Part shown: positions 1 through 9,477 of the stretch, one piece after another | How positions within the stretch are numbered: the first letter of the stretch is position 1 | Layout of the letters: each line of letters opens with the position of its first letter | Source: an uncultured bacterium | GTDB taxonomy: Bacteria; Patescibacteriota; JACMRA01 | DNA length: 64,000 bases | Assembly: GCA_963704645.1 (NCBI GenBank) | Contig: OY969926.1 | Location: forward strand, 64,001 to 128,000 | Reading direction: 5' to 3' | Program-made: the position numbers and the translations under genes | The notes under the pieces: generated by a model | What the model was told of the DNA's origin: nothing | Database searches by the model: none | What the model saw: only the letters and a program-made list of their open reading frames with translations

Positions 1-1
1 C

Positions 2-940
2 CAGTCAATTTATTTTTTTCTACTTAATAGATTTTCTGGCCATTCAGTAGACGGCTATAAAAAGAAGATTTTATTACCAATGCTACCTGAATATATTGGT
101 TATCAGAGTCTATTATTAGACAAAAATAGCATCATTGGTATTCAGCCAATAATTGTTTTAAACAATTCCTCTAACTGCTTTGAGTACTTTCTGAACAAGG
201 AGCAATTAAATATTAATAAGGAAATTGGCTGTATTGTTATATCAAGACCGGCAAATCCTACTGGTAAAATAATTTCAGGTGAGGACTTGAATTATATATT
301 AGATGAAGCTGAGAAATTGGAAATACCAGTTATCATTGATTCTGCTTATAGCGAGCCTTTTCCCTCAATAAATATTGTGCCAACTAAGCCTATAATTCGT
401 AAAAATGTTATAAATACTTACAGCGCTTCAAAAGCAGGAATGCCTGGAGAAAGAGTAGGTATTATAGTTGGAGATCCAGATATAATTAACCAATTTATTA
501 ATTTCCAAACTAATACAATGATGCATTCTTCTGTTTTGGGACAGGCTATACTTGCAAAGGGTTTAGAATCTAATGAAATTTTTGATGTTTCTAAAGAAAC
601 CATAGGACCATATTATTTTTCTGTAGCTAACAAAGTTATTGATCTGTTAAATAAATCCAAAGAACTGCATGATATTCCTTGGAGATACCACAAATACGAA
701 GGTGGCATATTTTTGTGGCTTTGGTTTGAACATTTACCCATCAATGACTTTCAACTTTATCAAGAATTAAAAGAAGAAGGGTTGTTAGTGGTACCTGGAA
801 ATAGTTTTTTTTATAGTTCGTCAAACTGGAATCATGCTCAGCAATGTATTCGGATAAGTCTATCTGCACCACAAAAAGAAATTTTTACTGGAATAAATAT
901 TTTAACAAAATCAATCAAGAAAATATATGAAAATAAATGA
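2..940 (+). CDS. avtA: AvtA-like (valine-pyruvate type) class I/II PLP aminotransferase, 5'-truncated by window edge
   Basis: Frame is open from base 2 (QSIYFFLLNRFSGHSVDGYKKKILLPMLPEYIGY), matching the AvtA N-terminal region. Motifs SRPANPTG, DSAY, SASKAGMPGERVG (PLP Lys), GGIFLWLWF, CIRIS. Confidence 0.85.
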   Translation, partial: QSIYFFLLNRFSGHSVDGYKKKILLPMLPEYIGYQSLLLDKNSIIGIQPIIVLNNSSNCFEYFLNKEQLNINKEIGCIVISRPANPTGKIISGEDLNYILDEAEKLEIPVIIDSAYSEPFPSINIVPTKPIIRKNVINTYSASKAGMPGERVGIIVGDPDIINQFINFQTNTMMHSSVLGQAILAKGLESNEIFDVSKETIGPYYFSVANKVIDLLNKSKELHDIPWRYHKYEGGIFLWLWFEHLPINDFQLYQELKEEGLLVVPGNSFFYSSSNWNHAQQCIRISLSAPQKEIFTGINILTKSIKKIYENK

Positions 941-3482
941 TAAAGATCTGCTAAGTAATCTTAATAAAATTGCAAAACCTCTGTATTCAACATCAATCAT
1001 TGACGCAAGTTCATTTGGGAGAAAGGCGGCATATTTGGGCGAGCTGATAAGTAATGGTGTCAATGTCCCAGAAGGTATTTGCCTAGACAAATCTGTTTAC
1101 AGTTTTTTTAAAAGCCAAGGGATTTTACCTGATTCCTTGATAAACGATATCAAGGAGTATGGCTCTAATAATACACAAATGGCAGTTCGTAGTTCTGCCA
1201 CCTGTGAAGACTCAGAAGAAGAAACTTTAGCAGGTTTATTCAACACCTATTATGCTTATAGTTCACAGGATATCTTAAATTCTATACAAAAAATTTATGA
1301 GGGAGCAAATTCTATTGAAACATTGGAGTCCTTATCGGTTTATGGTATAGACGATAATAATGTTGAATTAGGTGTTATTATTCAGAATCTAATTGAACCT
1401 AGCATTTCTGGAGTAATTTATAACAAATGGTTAAACAACATTTCTTTAGTACAGTACGTTGAGGGCTTTGGTAACAAGCTGGTTGATGGTGAGTTGAATG
1501 GCTACTCAATTATTTTAGACTCAAATGGTAAAATACAAGATTCCTCTGGCTTTGATATTCTAAGTATTGAGGAAAGAATAATTAAACAAATAAATGAGCA
1601 AATTAGAAAAATTAGAAAAATTGATTCTTTTAAAGGAAAAGATATTGATATTGAGTTTGCAGTGTCTAAAACAAATAATATTCTTTACATATTGCAATGC
1701 AGGGTTGTAAATAATCTGCCACCTAGTTTTGACATTGAAGAAAGTGACGAAGGAGTTATTAATTTAATTAAAAGAAGGGTGGCGATTCTTTCGCAAAATG
1801 AAAAAGCAACGATAGGTATTAAGAGCCCTATTTTTTCAAAATCAAATCATAGTGAATTATTACCTTCATCAAAAGAAATGGATGTAGGAATTTTTCAATA
1901 TATTTTTAGTGGATATGAATCAAACCCTGGAGCTATACAAATAGGGAGAAAAGAGATGGGCTATATTTTAGACGAAAGAGCCAATGGGTTAACTTACTTC
2001 ATTGGCGGAGATGCTTACATCTCTATTGCAAAAGACTCACTATCTTACTATATAGGCTTTCCAGACTCAATCGATAGCTACATTGAACAATTGGTAAATA
2101 ATTATTTAAAACAAATTTCTGATAACCATGAACTAGGACACTACCCACAAATGGGTTTATATCTTCAAGAGCCAACAATGCATGAACTAGAGGGTTTATT
2201 TAATGATAAAGCAAGCGAGTACTATGAAATATCTCAGGAATTTAATTTACATTTAGGTAAAATAGCTAAGGTATTTGAAGATGATTACAATAATAAATAT
2301 AAGCCCCAACTAGATTTATTTTTAGATTCTGTTACTGTAAAGATTAATAAAGAAGATGATTCAGAAAAGTTGGTTAGTTTAATTGATCAAGTTTTGTATA
2401 ATTTAAAAAATCACTCGTGCGTGTATTTCGTTATAGCTGCACGGCTTGGTTTTTATTTCACGCAAAAACTAAGGAAGTCCCTACACCATTCAGGAATGGA
2501 TCAAAACTCAATAGATAACTACTTTAGTCTTTTTGTTCAAGGTCTAGATAATAGTGAATTTACAAGATCAAATCTTATAATTGCCGCTTCCGCCAACATA
2601 GCTGAAGCTTCTAGCATAGCATTGAAAGTTATCGGCCATTACAGCACAGGCGAAATGTTGGAAATTCACCCTCCGAGAATTTCTGAATCTTCTAGTGAGC
2701 TTAAATCTTATGTAGAAAGTATTTATAACAGTAATTACATTGAGACTTTTAATACACAAGTTAAAGAGAGAGAAGTTGCTGAATTAGAGATTGTAAATAA
2801 GATTGATGACCTAGGTTTAACTGAAATAATAAAGTTTACCCAAAGGTACATGGGGTTAAGGGAAACTATTAAATACAATTTTGTTAAAGAATATGGAATA
2901 ATTAGACAGTGTTTAGTAAAATTAGAAAAGAATTTCAACCTGCACCAAGGAGATATATTTTATTTATACCCTTGGGAGATAAGTACTTTATTACAGAATC
3001 AAAGTGAATTTACTCATATAATTAAGTACAGAAAAAGACTGCATGATAAATTTAAAAAGGTAAATATGCCTTTTATTATTGATGCAAACAATTTAGATAA
3101 TATTAAGTTTAATTTTTCCATTGTTAATGAACAGGGCAGCCATACAGGTGTATTGGTATCGAAGGGTAAAAATATCGAAGGAATGATAGTTAACAAGAAA
3201 GACTTTATTAGTAATTCAGAAATCAGCGATTATATTAAAGAATTAAAAAGCCAAGGAATAAATGTTATTTTAACGTCAAATCAATTAAGTATAGGTGATG
3301 ATCCTCTTATTGTTTCAAGCGATGCAATACTACTTGGTAAATCTGGTTTTGTTTCGCATGGTTCTCAAAGAGCTAGAGAATTGGGCAAAGGAGCACTGTC
3401 AGGTCTGCCAATTGAATTGTTTACTACTGGATGTTACGTAAGTATAGATTTTAAATCAAAAATAGCAAGAATTTTAAAATAA
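927..3482 (+). CDS. PEP-utilising dikinase-like phosphotransferase (ATP-grasp / central domain / C-terminal phospho-His swivel domain; RPH / Cj1418-type domain order)
   Basis: N-terminal GRKAAYLGEL..VPEG, AVRSSATCED..LAGLF, SGV, GFGNKLVDG, DIEFAV, LQCR. C-terminal GFVSHGSQRARELG. Overlaps the avtA stop. Confidence 0.85.
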   Translation: MKINDKDLLSNLNKIAKPLYSTSIIDASSFGRKAAYLGELISNGVNVPEGICLDKSVYSFFKSQGILPDSLINDIKEYGSNNTQMAVRSSATCEDSEEETLAGLFNTYYAYSSQDILNSIQKIYEGANSIETLESLSVYGIDDNNVELGVIIQNLIEPSISGVIYNKWLNNISLVQYVEGFGNKLVDGELNGYSIILDSNGKIQDSSGFDILSIEERIIKQINEQIRKIRKIDSFKGKDIDIEFAVSKTNNILYILQCRVVNNLPPSFDIEESDEGVINLIKRRVAILSQNEKATIGIKSPIFSKSNHSELLPSSKEMDVGIFQYIFSGYESNPGAIQIGRKEMGYILDERANGLTYFIGGDAYISIAKDSLSYYIGFPDSIDSYIEQLVNNYLKQISDNHELGHYPQMGLYLQEPTMHELEGLFNDKASEYYEISQEFNLHLGKIAKVFEDDYNNKYKPQLDLFLDSVTVKINKEDDSEKLVSLIDQVLYNLKNHSCVYFVIAARLGFYFTQKLRKSLHHSGMDQNSIDNYFSLFVQGLDNSEFTRSNLIIAASANIAEASSIALKVIGHYSTGEMLEIHPPRISESSSELKSYVESIYNSNYIETFNTQVKEREVAELEIVNKIDDLGLTEIIKFTQRYMGLRETIKYNFVKEYGIIRQCLVKLEKNFNLHQGDIFYLYPWEISTLLQNQSEFTHIIKYRKRLHDKFKKVNMPFIIDANNLDNIKFNFSIVNEQGSHTGVLVSKGKNIEGMIVNKKDFISNSEISDYIKELKSQGINVILTSNQLSIGDDPLIVSSDAILLGKSGFVSHGSQRARELGKGALSGLPIELFTTGCYVSIDFKSKIARILK

Positions 3483-3486
3483 ACAT

Positions 3487-4446
3487 ATGACTGAAAACAT
3501 TGACCAGATCTTAAAATACTACCAAATTAATGAGCTAGACTCTACTGAGTCTGTTACTATTAAACATTTTCATGGCTTAGCCAAACATAATATAAAAAGA
3601 CTATCATCAGTTGTAGATTCAAAAGACTTGGTAAAGATAATTAAGGGTGAATTATCTTTTGAAGATTCCCACAGGATTTCAGCTGTTATTGAGAATAAAA
3701 TTTTCTCGACTATAGAATTAGATGAACACAAACTAGTTGATCATTTTAACTCACCTGACTCAATACATTTGTCTGAATTAGGGATACTAAATATAGAGAA
3801 ACAGATTAAGGGTAAGCAAACAGCAATTGAAAAGCTTCTTTCTCAAAGAGATTTGGGATTATTTTTAGTAAGACCAGAAGCCTATCATCTTATTGAAAGA
3901 ATAAAAATTATATTGGAATCAAACGGACTTAGAATAATTCTATCAAAGAAAACGGAAGTAAATTCAGAACAATATTGGGCTTTGTGCAATGAAAGGCTTG
4001 TGGACTCTAGAACCAATATACATGTTAGATCTAGGGCTTTTGGCTACGTAAATAAACCATTGTACCTATTTGTTTTTGAGCGTGGTGATAATTGTTTAAT
4101 TGAAAGCAATAAACCACTTTCTGATTCTCTAAAAGTTATTAAAGGTATTGCTGGATATTATCAAAAAGGTACAATAAGAGGAGATCTACTTTACGAGTCT
4201 CTTCATTCTTATTTTTATGGTGATAATGCCAGATTGTCTCGTTTGGCTGAACTTGCGCTTGACCCTATAAAAATATATGAAACATTATCTCAAGACACAA
4301 ATGTTTTCTATCAAAAAAATGTACTTTATAAAAGGCTAGCTTCACTACCTGGGGTACACTCCCCTGAAAGCCATGAACTGGTAAAAGATATATCTTGCCT
4401 AATGAGCAAATCTGATATTGAGCTTCTCTTGCATCCAATGCCCTAA
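3487..4446 (+). CDS. Nucleoside-diphosphate-kinase-like protein with N-terminal extension
   Basis: LFLVRPEA (cf. IKPD), IKG..GTIRGD, GVHSPES (cf. N..HGSD catalytic His). Confidence 0.7.
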   Translation: MTENIDQILKYYQINELDSTESVTIKHFHGLAKHNIKRLSSVVDSKDLVKIIKGELSFEDSHRISAVIENKIFSTIELDEHKLVDHFNSPDSIHLSELGILNIEKQIKGKQTAIEKLLSQRDLGLFLVRPEAYHLIERIKIILESNGLRIILSKKTEVNSEQYWALCNERLVDSRTNIHVRSRAFGYVNKPLYLFVFERGDNCLIESNKPLSDSLKVIKGIAGYYQKGTIRGDLLYESLHSYFYGDNARLSRLAELALDPIKIYETLSQDTNVFYQKNVLYKRLASLPGVHSPESHELVKDISCLMSKSDIELLLHPMP

Positions 4447-4447
4447 A

Positions 4448-5173
4448 ATGACAAAAAACATTTATTCATACTTGGCTTACCGTGACTACCAAAATTCGGG
4501 CAGTCCTTATTCAGCATTGATTACAAACAATGCTATAGATGTAGCTCTTGATAGAATATTAAAACCTCATGATGTAACCCATCACTTCATATCTGGCTTT
4601 CTCGACGAGCTAGGAATTAATATACTTGGGAAGACAATACCTCAAGCAAGTATTTTAAACGAAATTATAACGATAGCTTTAACCTTAATTACTATCCCAA
4701 CTTATGCCAAAGTAAGAATGGACAGGATAACAAAGAAATTTAATTTAGATAGGATTTCTTCAGAAGATAGTCTTATCTATTATGAGAGAAAGTGCGTAGA
4801 ACTTTTCACACTGAAATACTTAGCTCGGACAATATCTGATTTTAAAGGTTTAGATTATATGATTGATGAAGGTAGAAAAATAATTTATGATCAATTTTCT
4901 GATTTGGAAAATCAAATTATTACATTACAAGAAATTTTTGATATATCAATAGATCTTTCCAAAAAAATAATTCACATTGAACCACAAAGAATTAATAGTT
5001 GGAACGAGATTGCGAATAAACATATATATTGGTTCAACGGCAAAGGCAATAATAAATTCTCCATTGCGATGACAGCGAACCAAAGCTCATTATATGGTAA
5101 ATATACAGATTACGATAAATATTCTAACTCTCTAAACCAAAAAGTTCAATTTATTAGTAAATACTTAATTTAG
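4448..5173 (+). CDS. Hypothetical protein in the dikinase operon
   Basis: ATG 1 nt after the NDK-like stop; 241 aa ORF with no recognisable motif. Confidence 0.7.
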   Translation: MTKNIYSYLAYRDYQNSGSPYSALITNNAIDVALDRILKPHDVTHHFISGFLDELGINILGKTIPQASILNEIITIALTLITIPTYAKVRMDRITKKFNLDRISSEDSLIYYERKCVELFTLKYLARTISDFKGLDYMIDEGRKIIYDQFSDLENQIITLQEIFDISIDLSKKIIHIEPQRINSWNEIANKHIYWFNGKGNNKFSIAMTANQSSLYGKYTDYDKYSNSLNQKVQFISKYLI

Positions 5174-5223
5174 TCATGGTTTATATATTTGACATTAATT
5201 TACAGATCTAAATCTAATATCTT

Positions 5224-5667
5224 ATGCCAAAGCCAACTGATCCAAAAAAGTGGACACACATGTTCACAGATGACATCAAATTTTCTCAAAAAGCTATAAT
5301 ACTTCACCCCTCTGATGAAACTTTTTTAGTGCTTCAAAGATCTTTAAGCTCCAAAACACACCCAGGATATTGGGACTTTGCTGGTGGCAACGTTTTATAT
5401 GGAGATTCTTCCAAAAATTCCTTGCTAAGTGAAGTTAAAGAAGAAACAGGACTATCAATAACAAACGATTTAACACCCTTAGTCGTTGACGGGAAAATGC
5501 GAGAAGAAAATGGATTTTACCGAATCTTTGTTGGATATTTAACAAAAGCCTTGGAGGATAATGTTACCATTAGCCATGAACATATTGATTATAAGTGGGT
5601 ATCAAAAGATGAATTTATGCTGCTTGAAACTGTAGACATACTCAAAGAAATGGTGAAAAAAATATAG
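5224..5667 (+). CDS. NUDIX hydrolase (MutT/Ap4A-like)
   Basis: WDFAGG..GD..LLSEVKEETGL Nudix box; ISHEHIDYKWV. Confidence 0.9.
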   Translation: MPKPTDPKKWTHMFTDDIKFSQKAIILHPSDETFLVLQRSLSSKTHPGYWDFAGGNVLYGDSSKNSLLSEVKEETGLSITNDLTPLVVDGKMREENGFYRIFVGYLTKALEDNVTISHEHIDYKWVSKDEFMLLETVDILKEMVKKI

Positions 5668-5692
5668 GGTATATCATTTTGATACGCCCTAT
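5664..5692. terminator. Probable bidirectional terminator between convergent genes
   Basis: ATAGGG-TATATC-ATTTT-GATACG-CCCTAT hairpin. Confidence 0.55.
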
Positions 5693-5705
5693 TTTAGATG
5701 AACTA

Positions 5706-6395
5706 CTAGAGTTTTGTATTCCATCCTTTTAACGTCCACCCCATTTCATCATAAGAAGAAATGAAAGCTGCAGTGCTATCCAAATCAAGGTATCTTACAC
5801 TTTGAGTGTTGTAACCAAGAATGTAGTGAAAGAAGCACTTAATCACTTTTGCATGAGTAACAATAAGAATATTAGACACCTCATGTGTTTCGCTTTGTTT
5901 AGACAAGACATCTTCCAGCCATCCAGATGCTCTTCTTTCGATCATTTGCTGTGATTCACCATTTGGCGGTTGAAAAAAATAGCCTCTAGCCCTAATTAGA
6001 GCTTTTACCTCTGGTAAATAAGTTTGTTTTTTATCGCACCCTTCCCAGTCGCCCTGATCAATTGGATTAATTTCAGCAACTTTAAGCACTTTATTGCTTA
6101 TAACGCTGTCGACCTTCCCAAGCTCAGAAATGATGATTTCAGCACTCCTAATTGCTCTTAGTGCCTCAGAGCTGTAAATTTGATTAAAGACAATACCAAG
6201 GCTGGCAAGTTTTTTCCCAATAGATTCTGCTTGAGAAATACCCAATGATGTTAGGTCTGACTCAAGACGCTTTCCTAAAATTACATCTTTTACTAAATGA
6301 TCAGTATCACTTTGTCCGTGACGAACCATATAGACATTAATAAGGAATTTTTTCACTATCTTGTCATTATTAAAAGAACTTTTAAGAGATAACAT
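5706..6395 (-). CDS. Histidine phosphatase (phosphoglycerate mutase family)
   Basis: RHGQS, SSEALRAIRSA, GES, IVTH motifs. Confidence 0.9.
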   Translation of the reverse strand: MLSLKSSFNNDKIVKKFLINVYMVRHGQSDTDHLVKDVILGKRLESDLTSLGISQAESIGKKLASLGIVFNQIYSSEALRAIRSAEIIISELGKVDSVISNKVLKVAEINPIDQGDWEGCDKKQTYLPEVKALIRARGYFFQPPNGESQQMIERRASGWLEDVLSKQSETHEVSNILIVTHAKVIKCFFHYILGYNTQSVRYLDLDSTAAFISSYDEMGWTLKGWNTKL

Positions 6396-6451
6396 AAATT
6401 TTTCATAAAGTAAAGCTTGACCTCCCGCATTTTAGTAGAAATTATTTATTA

Positions 6452-7225
6452 ATGATAATACAATCTTTTGATTGGAACAATAATGTAAACGAAAGTAATA
6501 GCATAACTAGTGAGTCTATTAGAGAATTATTTAGTTGTAAGATAGCTCTTATAGTAGTTAAAGATTTTTACACGAATAATGAGTTAAGTGAGTTAAATGA
6601 CAAAATATCTACTGAAAAAATAAGGTGGATTGTCAGGCATACTAGAATGGGACGGTTTGGACTAACAGCTCGAGAACAGCGAAAATTGCTGGCTGAAGAC
6701 AAAGGTGATATTATAGATCAAGTACGAGCAGAATTAAATACTGCGTTAGGAGAAAGATTTGTAGAGAGAATAAAGCAAATATTTAATATTTTTGCCCCTA
6801 CAGAATTAAAAACAGAACAAAATTTTATTTACGCAGCACCTATTATCCGATATTTTCCATATGCTGACTACCATACTGATTTTGTACCTCAACAAGATAA
6901 GGATTGGAACTTTCCAGATATAATCAAGCAATTCTCTGTAAACTTACATTTAAGCGACCACATTGGTAATGAAGGATCTCTCAGGTTGGCAAAACGAGAG
7001 TATGATTATGACGATGATAAATATGCAATTGGCGACTTTGGCTATTCAGAAGAAATAGTTAAAGGCTATAAATTAGTTTCTTATATCCCAAAAAAAGGTG
7101 ATCTAGTAATAATCAATACTCAGAACTACCATTGTTTCACGCAGTCATCCAATCTTATTGAAATGATTGGTTTGTTTGGAGCTTTGACGAAATCAGACTC
7201 GGAGCATATTTATTTGTGGCCATAA
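6452..7225 (+). CDS. Fe(II)/2-oxoglutarate-dependent oxygenase superfamily protein
   Basis: HTD...H triad; QFSVNLHL, GSL, PKKGDLVIINTQNYH typical of the DSBH fold. Confidence 0.75.
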   Translation: MIIQSFDWNNNVNESNSITSESIRELFSCKIALIVVKDFYTNNELSELNDKISTEKIRWIVRHTRMGRFGLTAREQRKLLAEDKGDIIDQVRAELNTALGERFVERIKQIFNIFAPTELKTEQNFIYAAPIIRYFPYADYHTDFVPQQDKDWNFPDIIKQFSVNLHLSDHIGNEGSLRLAKREYDYDDDKYAIGDFGYSEEIVKGYKLVSYIPKKGDLVIINTQNYHCFTQSSNLIEMIGLFGALTKSDSEHIYLWP

Positions 7226-7226
7226 T

Positions 7227-7850
7227 ATGATTAAACTTTACCTAGTAAGACATGGAGAGTCCGTAATTAATTTAAATAGCAAGACATTTGGGAGTGGATC
7301 TCAAGGGGGTTTAACACACACTGGTGTAGATCAAGCACAAAAAACAGGTGAATGGTTTAAACAGGAAAATATACATTTAGATTACTTTATCACCTCACCC
7401 TATGAAAGAGCCGAAAGTACAATAAATATTATTTTAAAAACTTTAAATTTTGATATTAATAAAGTAATAATTGACCCTTCGCTTTCTGAATGGAATAGAG
7501 GAAGATATTCAGCAATGCCAAAAAGTGAAGCCTGCGATTTGTTGGGAATAAAAAAAAGGGGAGATCTTGGGGCTTGGTTTAATCTGGAAGAGGGTGAGTC
7601 CATTAAACTAATGCAGGCTCGTTTTATAATTTGGATGAATGAAATTACAAACAAATACTATAAAGATGATGTATCAGTTCTAGTTATAACCCATGGTCAT
7701 TTTTTAAAATTTGGGCTTATGTCTATTTTCAACACGCCTGATAATATGCAGAAACTTATAAAAATTAATAACTGTGGGATAACACGTATTGATTTTGTAA
7801 ATAATGAGTGGATTCCTGGAATGATGAATTTTACTGATCACTTAGATTAA
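7227..7850 (+). CDS. Histidine phosphatase family protein
   Basis: LYLVRHGES, TSPYERA, LSEWNRG, GES, VITHG, NCGIT. Confidence 0.92.
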   Translation: MIKLYLVRHGESVINLNSKTFGSGSQGGLTHTGVDQAQKTGEWFKQENIHLDYFITSPYERAESTINIILKTLNFDINKVIIDPSLSEWNRGRYSAMPKSEACDLLGIKKRGDLGAWFNLEEGESIKLMQARFIIWMNEITNKYYKDDVSVLVITHGHFLKFGLMSIFNTPDNMQKLIKINNCGITRIDFVNNEWIPGMMNFTDHLD

Positions 7851-7884
7851 ATTTTAGCCTAAAATTGTATTTTCTAACTCACTT

Positions 7885-8412
7885 ATGCTCGGACCAAAAA
7901 TTATAGTAGATAGCAATATTACTTTACGTGAATTTCAGAAAGATGATACGTTGCTTTGTCTTAAGTGGAATAACGATATAGACTCTCAAAAGTACATGCC
8001 TGAACCTTTTGAAGTTAGAACAATTTTAGATGAGAATGAGTTTTTAGAAGAAGCAACCAAAGAAGAAGATGGTATTTACTGGACTATTGAAGACAGCGCT
8101 ACTTCAACACCAATAGGAATAGTTTCTGTTACTGAAATAAGCCAGCATCACGGGCTTGGTGAGATTGGTATTATTATTGGCGAAAAAGCCTATCACAGTA
8201 AAGGTATTGCAAGTAAGGTAATTGCAGGTGTTTTAGACTATTGTAAAAGTAATGGTTTAAGAAGAATAACCGCAGAATATGAAGAAGGAAACATTGGTAT
8301 GCAAAAAGCCTTGGAAAAAAATAGTTTTATTTTGGAGGCTAAATGCATTGATTCCAGAGTAAAGAATAGTCTTCCAATTAATACTTTTAGATATTATAAG
8401 TTGATTGATTAG
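7885..8412 (+). CDS. GNAT N-acetyltransferase (RimJ/RimL type)
   Basis: ITLREF, EIGIIIGEKAYHSKGIA, NIGMQKALEKNSF. Confidence 0.9.
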   Translation: MLGPKIIVDSNITLREFQKDDTLLCLKWNNDIDSQKYMPEPFEVRTILDENEFLEEATKEEDGIYWTIEDSATSTPIGIVSVTEISQHHGLGEIGIIIGEKAYHSKGIASKVIAGVLDYCKSNGLRRITAEYEEGNIGMQKALEKNSFILEAKCIDSRVKNSLPINTFRYYKLID

Positions 8413-8418
8413 AGTAAT

Positions 8419-8438
8419 TATAGTTTAGGTAATAGCCC
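8419..8438 (+). repeat. 20-bp direct repeat, copy 1 (upstream of second NUDIX gene)
   Basis: TATAGTTTAGGTAATAGCCC; 18/20 identical to 8948-8967. Confidence 0.7.
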
Positions 8439-8484
8439 CCAGCCAATTTACATAATATAATAAAAGTCTTTGTTTAATCAATAT

Positions 8485-8952
8485 ATGCCAAATTTAGAAT
8501 CACAAAAATACAGAGCTAGTGTTGCTGGAATGTTCATTAAAGATAACAGAGAGGTTCTTTTAGTACAAAACAATTCGTTTGGTGCCGATGAGTGGGATTT
8601 TCCTAAAGGAGGTATGAATCTGGGCGAAGACGAAGAAGATACTTTGAAAAGAGAGATACAAGAAGAGCTTGGTGACAAAATTAAATATTCAATAATTAGA
8701 GCAAGTTCATGCAATATAATTTACACTTGGTCTAAAGAAAAGCAAGCAAGGGAGGGTATGCGTGGTCAGGCAAGAATTAGTTATTGGTTAAAATATATTG
8801 AAGAAGAAATTGAAATTGATACAAGCGAACTTAGAGACTATAAATGGGTAGCAGTGACAGAATTGGAAGAAGTTCTGAAAAAGTCTAACTGGCCTTTAGA
8901 AATAGTTGAAAGTCTATTGTTTGATTTAAAAAGTGTATTAAGACAGGTATAG
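8485..8952 (+). CDS. NUDIX hydrolase (RppH-like)
   Basis: YRASVAG, WDFPKGG..GEDEEDTLKREIQEELG; ATG at 8485 preferred over TTG 8470. Confidence 0.9.
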   Translation: MPNLESQKYRASVAGMFIKDNREVLLVQNNSFGADEWDFPKGGMNLGEDEEDTLKREIQEELGDKIKYSIIRASSCNIIYTWSKEKQAREGMRGQARISYWLKYIEEEIEIDTSELRDYKWVAVTELEEVLKKSNWPLEIVESLLFDLKSVLRQV

Positions 8953-8967
8953 TTTGGGCAATAGCCC
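8948..8967 (+). repeat. 20-bp direct repeat, copy 2 (overlaps NUDIX stop codon)
   Basis: TATAGTTTGGGCAATAGCCC. Confidence 0.7.
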
Positions 8968-9130
8968 TAATACTCCCCCGCTCAATTTCCTGAACTATTA
9001 CTTACTCCATTTTTAAAAACGGTATTCCCCCTATTCAAAGCAACCTTAGATTAATTTATTAATTATAATAATTGATTGTTGATTAATATTTATATCAATT
9101 AACTTATAGATTTATAAATTATCTATTGAT

Positions 9131-9430
9131 TTATTTATTGCCATTTAATTTATCAAAATGACTTTTTATCTTCTTAAATTGGTCTGTCATTTGTGGTGGT
9201 TTAGGTTTTATACCTTCAAATAGTTTTTCTAAACTAATTCCTAATACTCCAGCTATATTTACTAGATTATTAAATGATATATTATTCTCCCCTCTTTCCA
9301 CAGCCCCAATAAATGTTCTATGAAGGCCAGACATCATTGCAAGCTCTTCTTGAGATAAATTAAGGCTTTCTCTGGTTAGCTTTATGTTCTTACCTAACTG
9401 TATTAAATAGTTGCTAGAATTGTTTTCCAT
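9131..9430 (-). CDS. XRE-family HTH regulator (C-protein-like)
   Basis: LGKNIK..R....LSQEELA..SGLHRTFIGAVERGENNIS. Confidence 0.9.
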   Translation of the reverse strand: MENNSSNYLIQLGKNIKLTRESLNLSQEELAMMSGLHRTFIGAVERGENNISFNNLVNIAGVLGISLEKLFEGIKPKPPQMTDQFKKIKSHFDKLNGNK

Positions 9431-9477
9431 GAAGCCAATCAAACCTATTTGACAAAGTTTATACTACAGTGTTTGTA

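Noticed and set aside
927-3482. Calling this rifampin phosphotransferase (rph) or ppsA
   Set aside because: Only the domain order matches RPH; the central domain is not recognisable and the operon context differs
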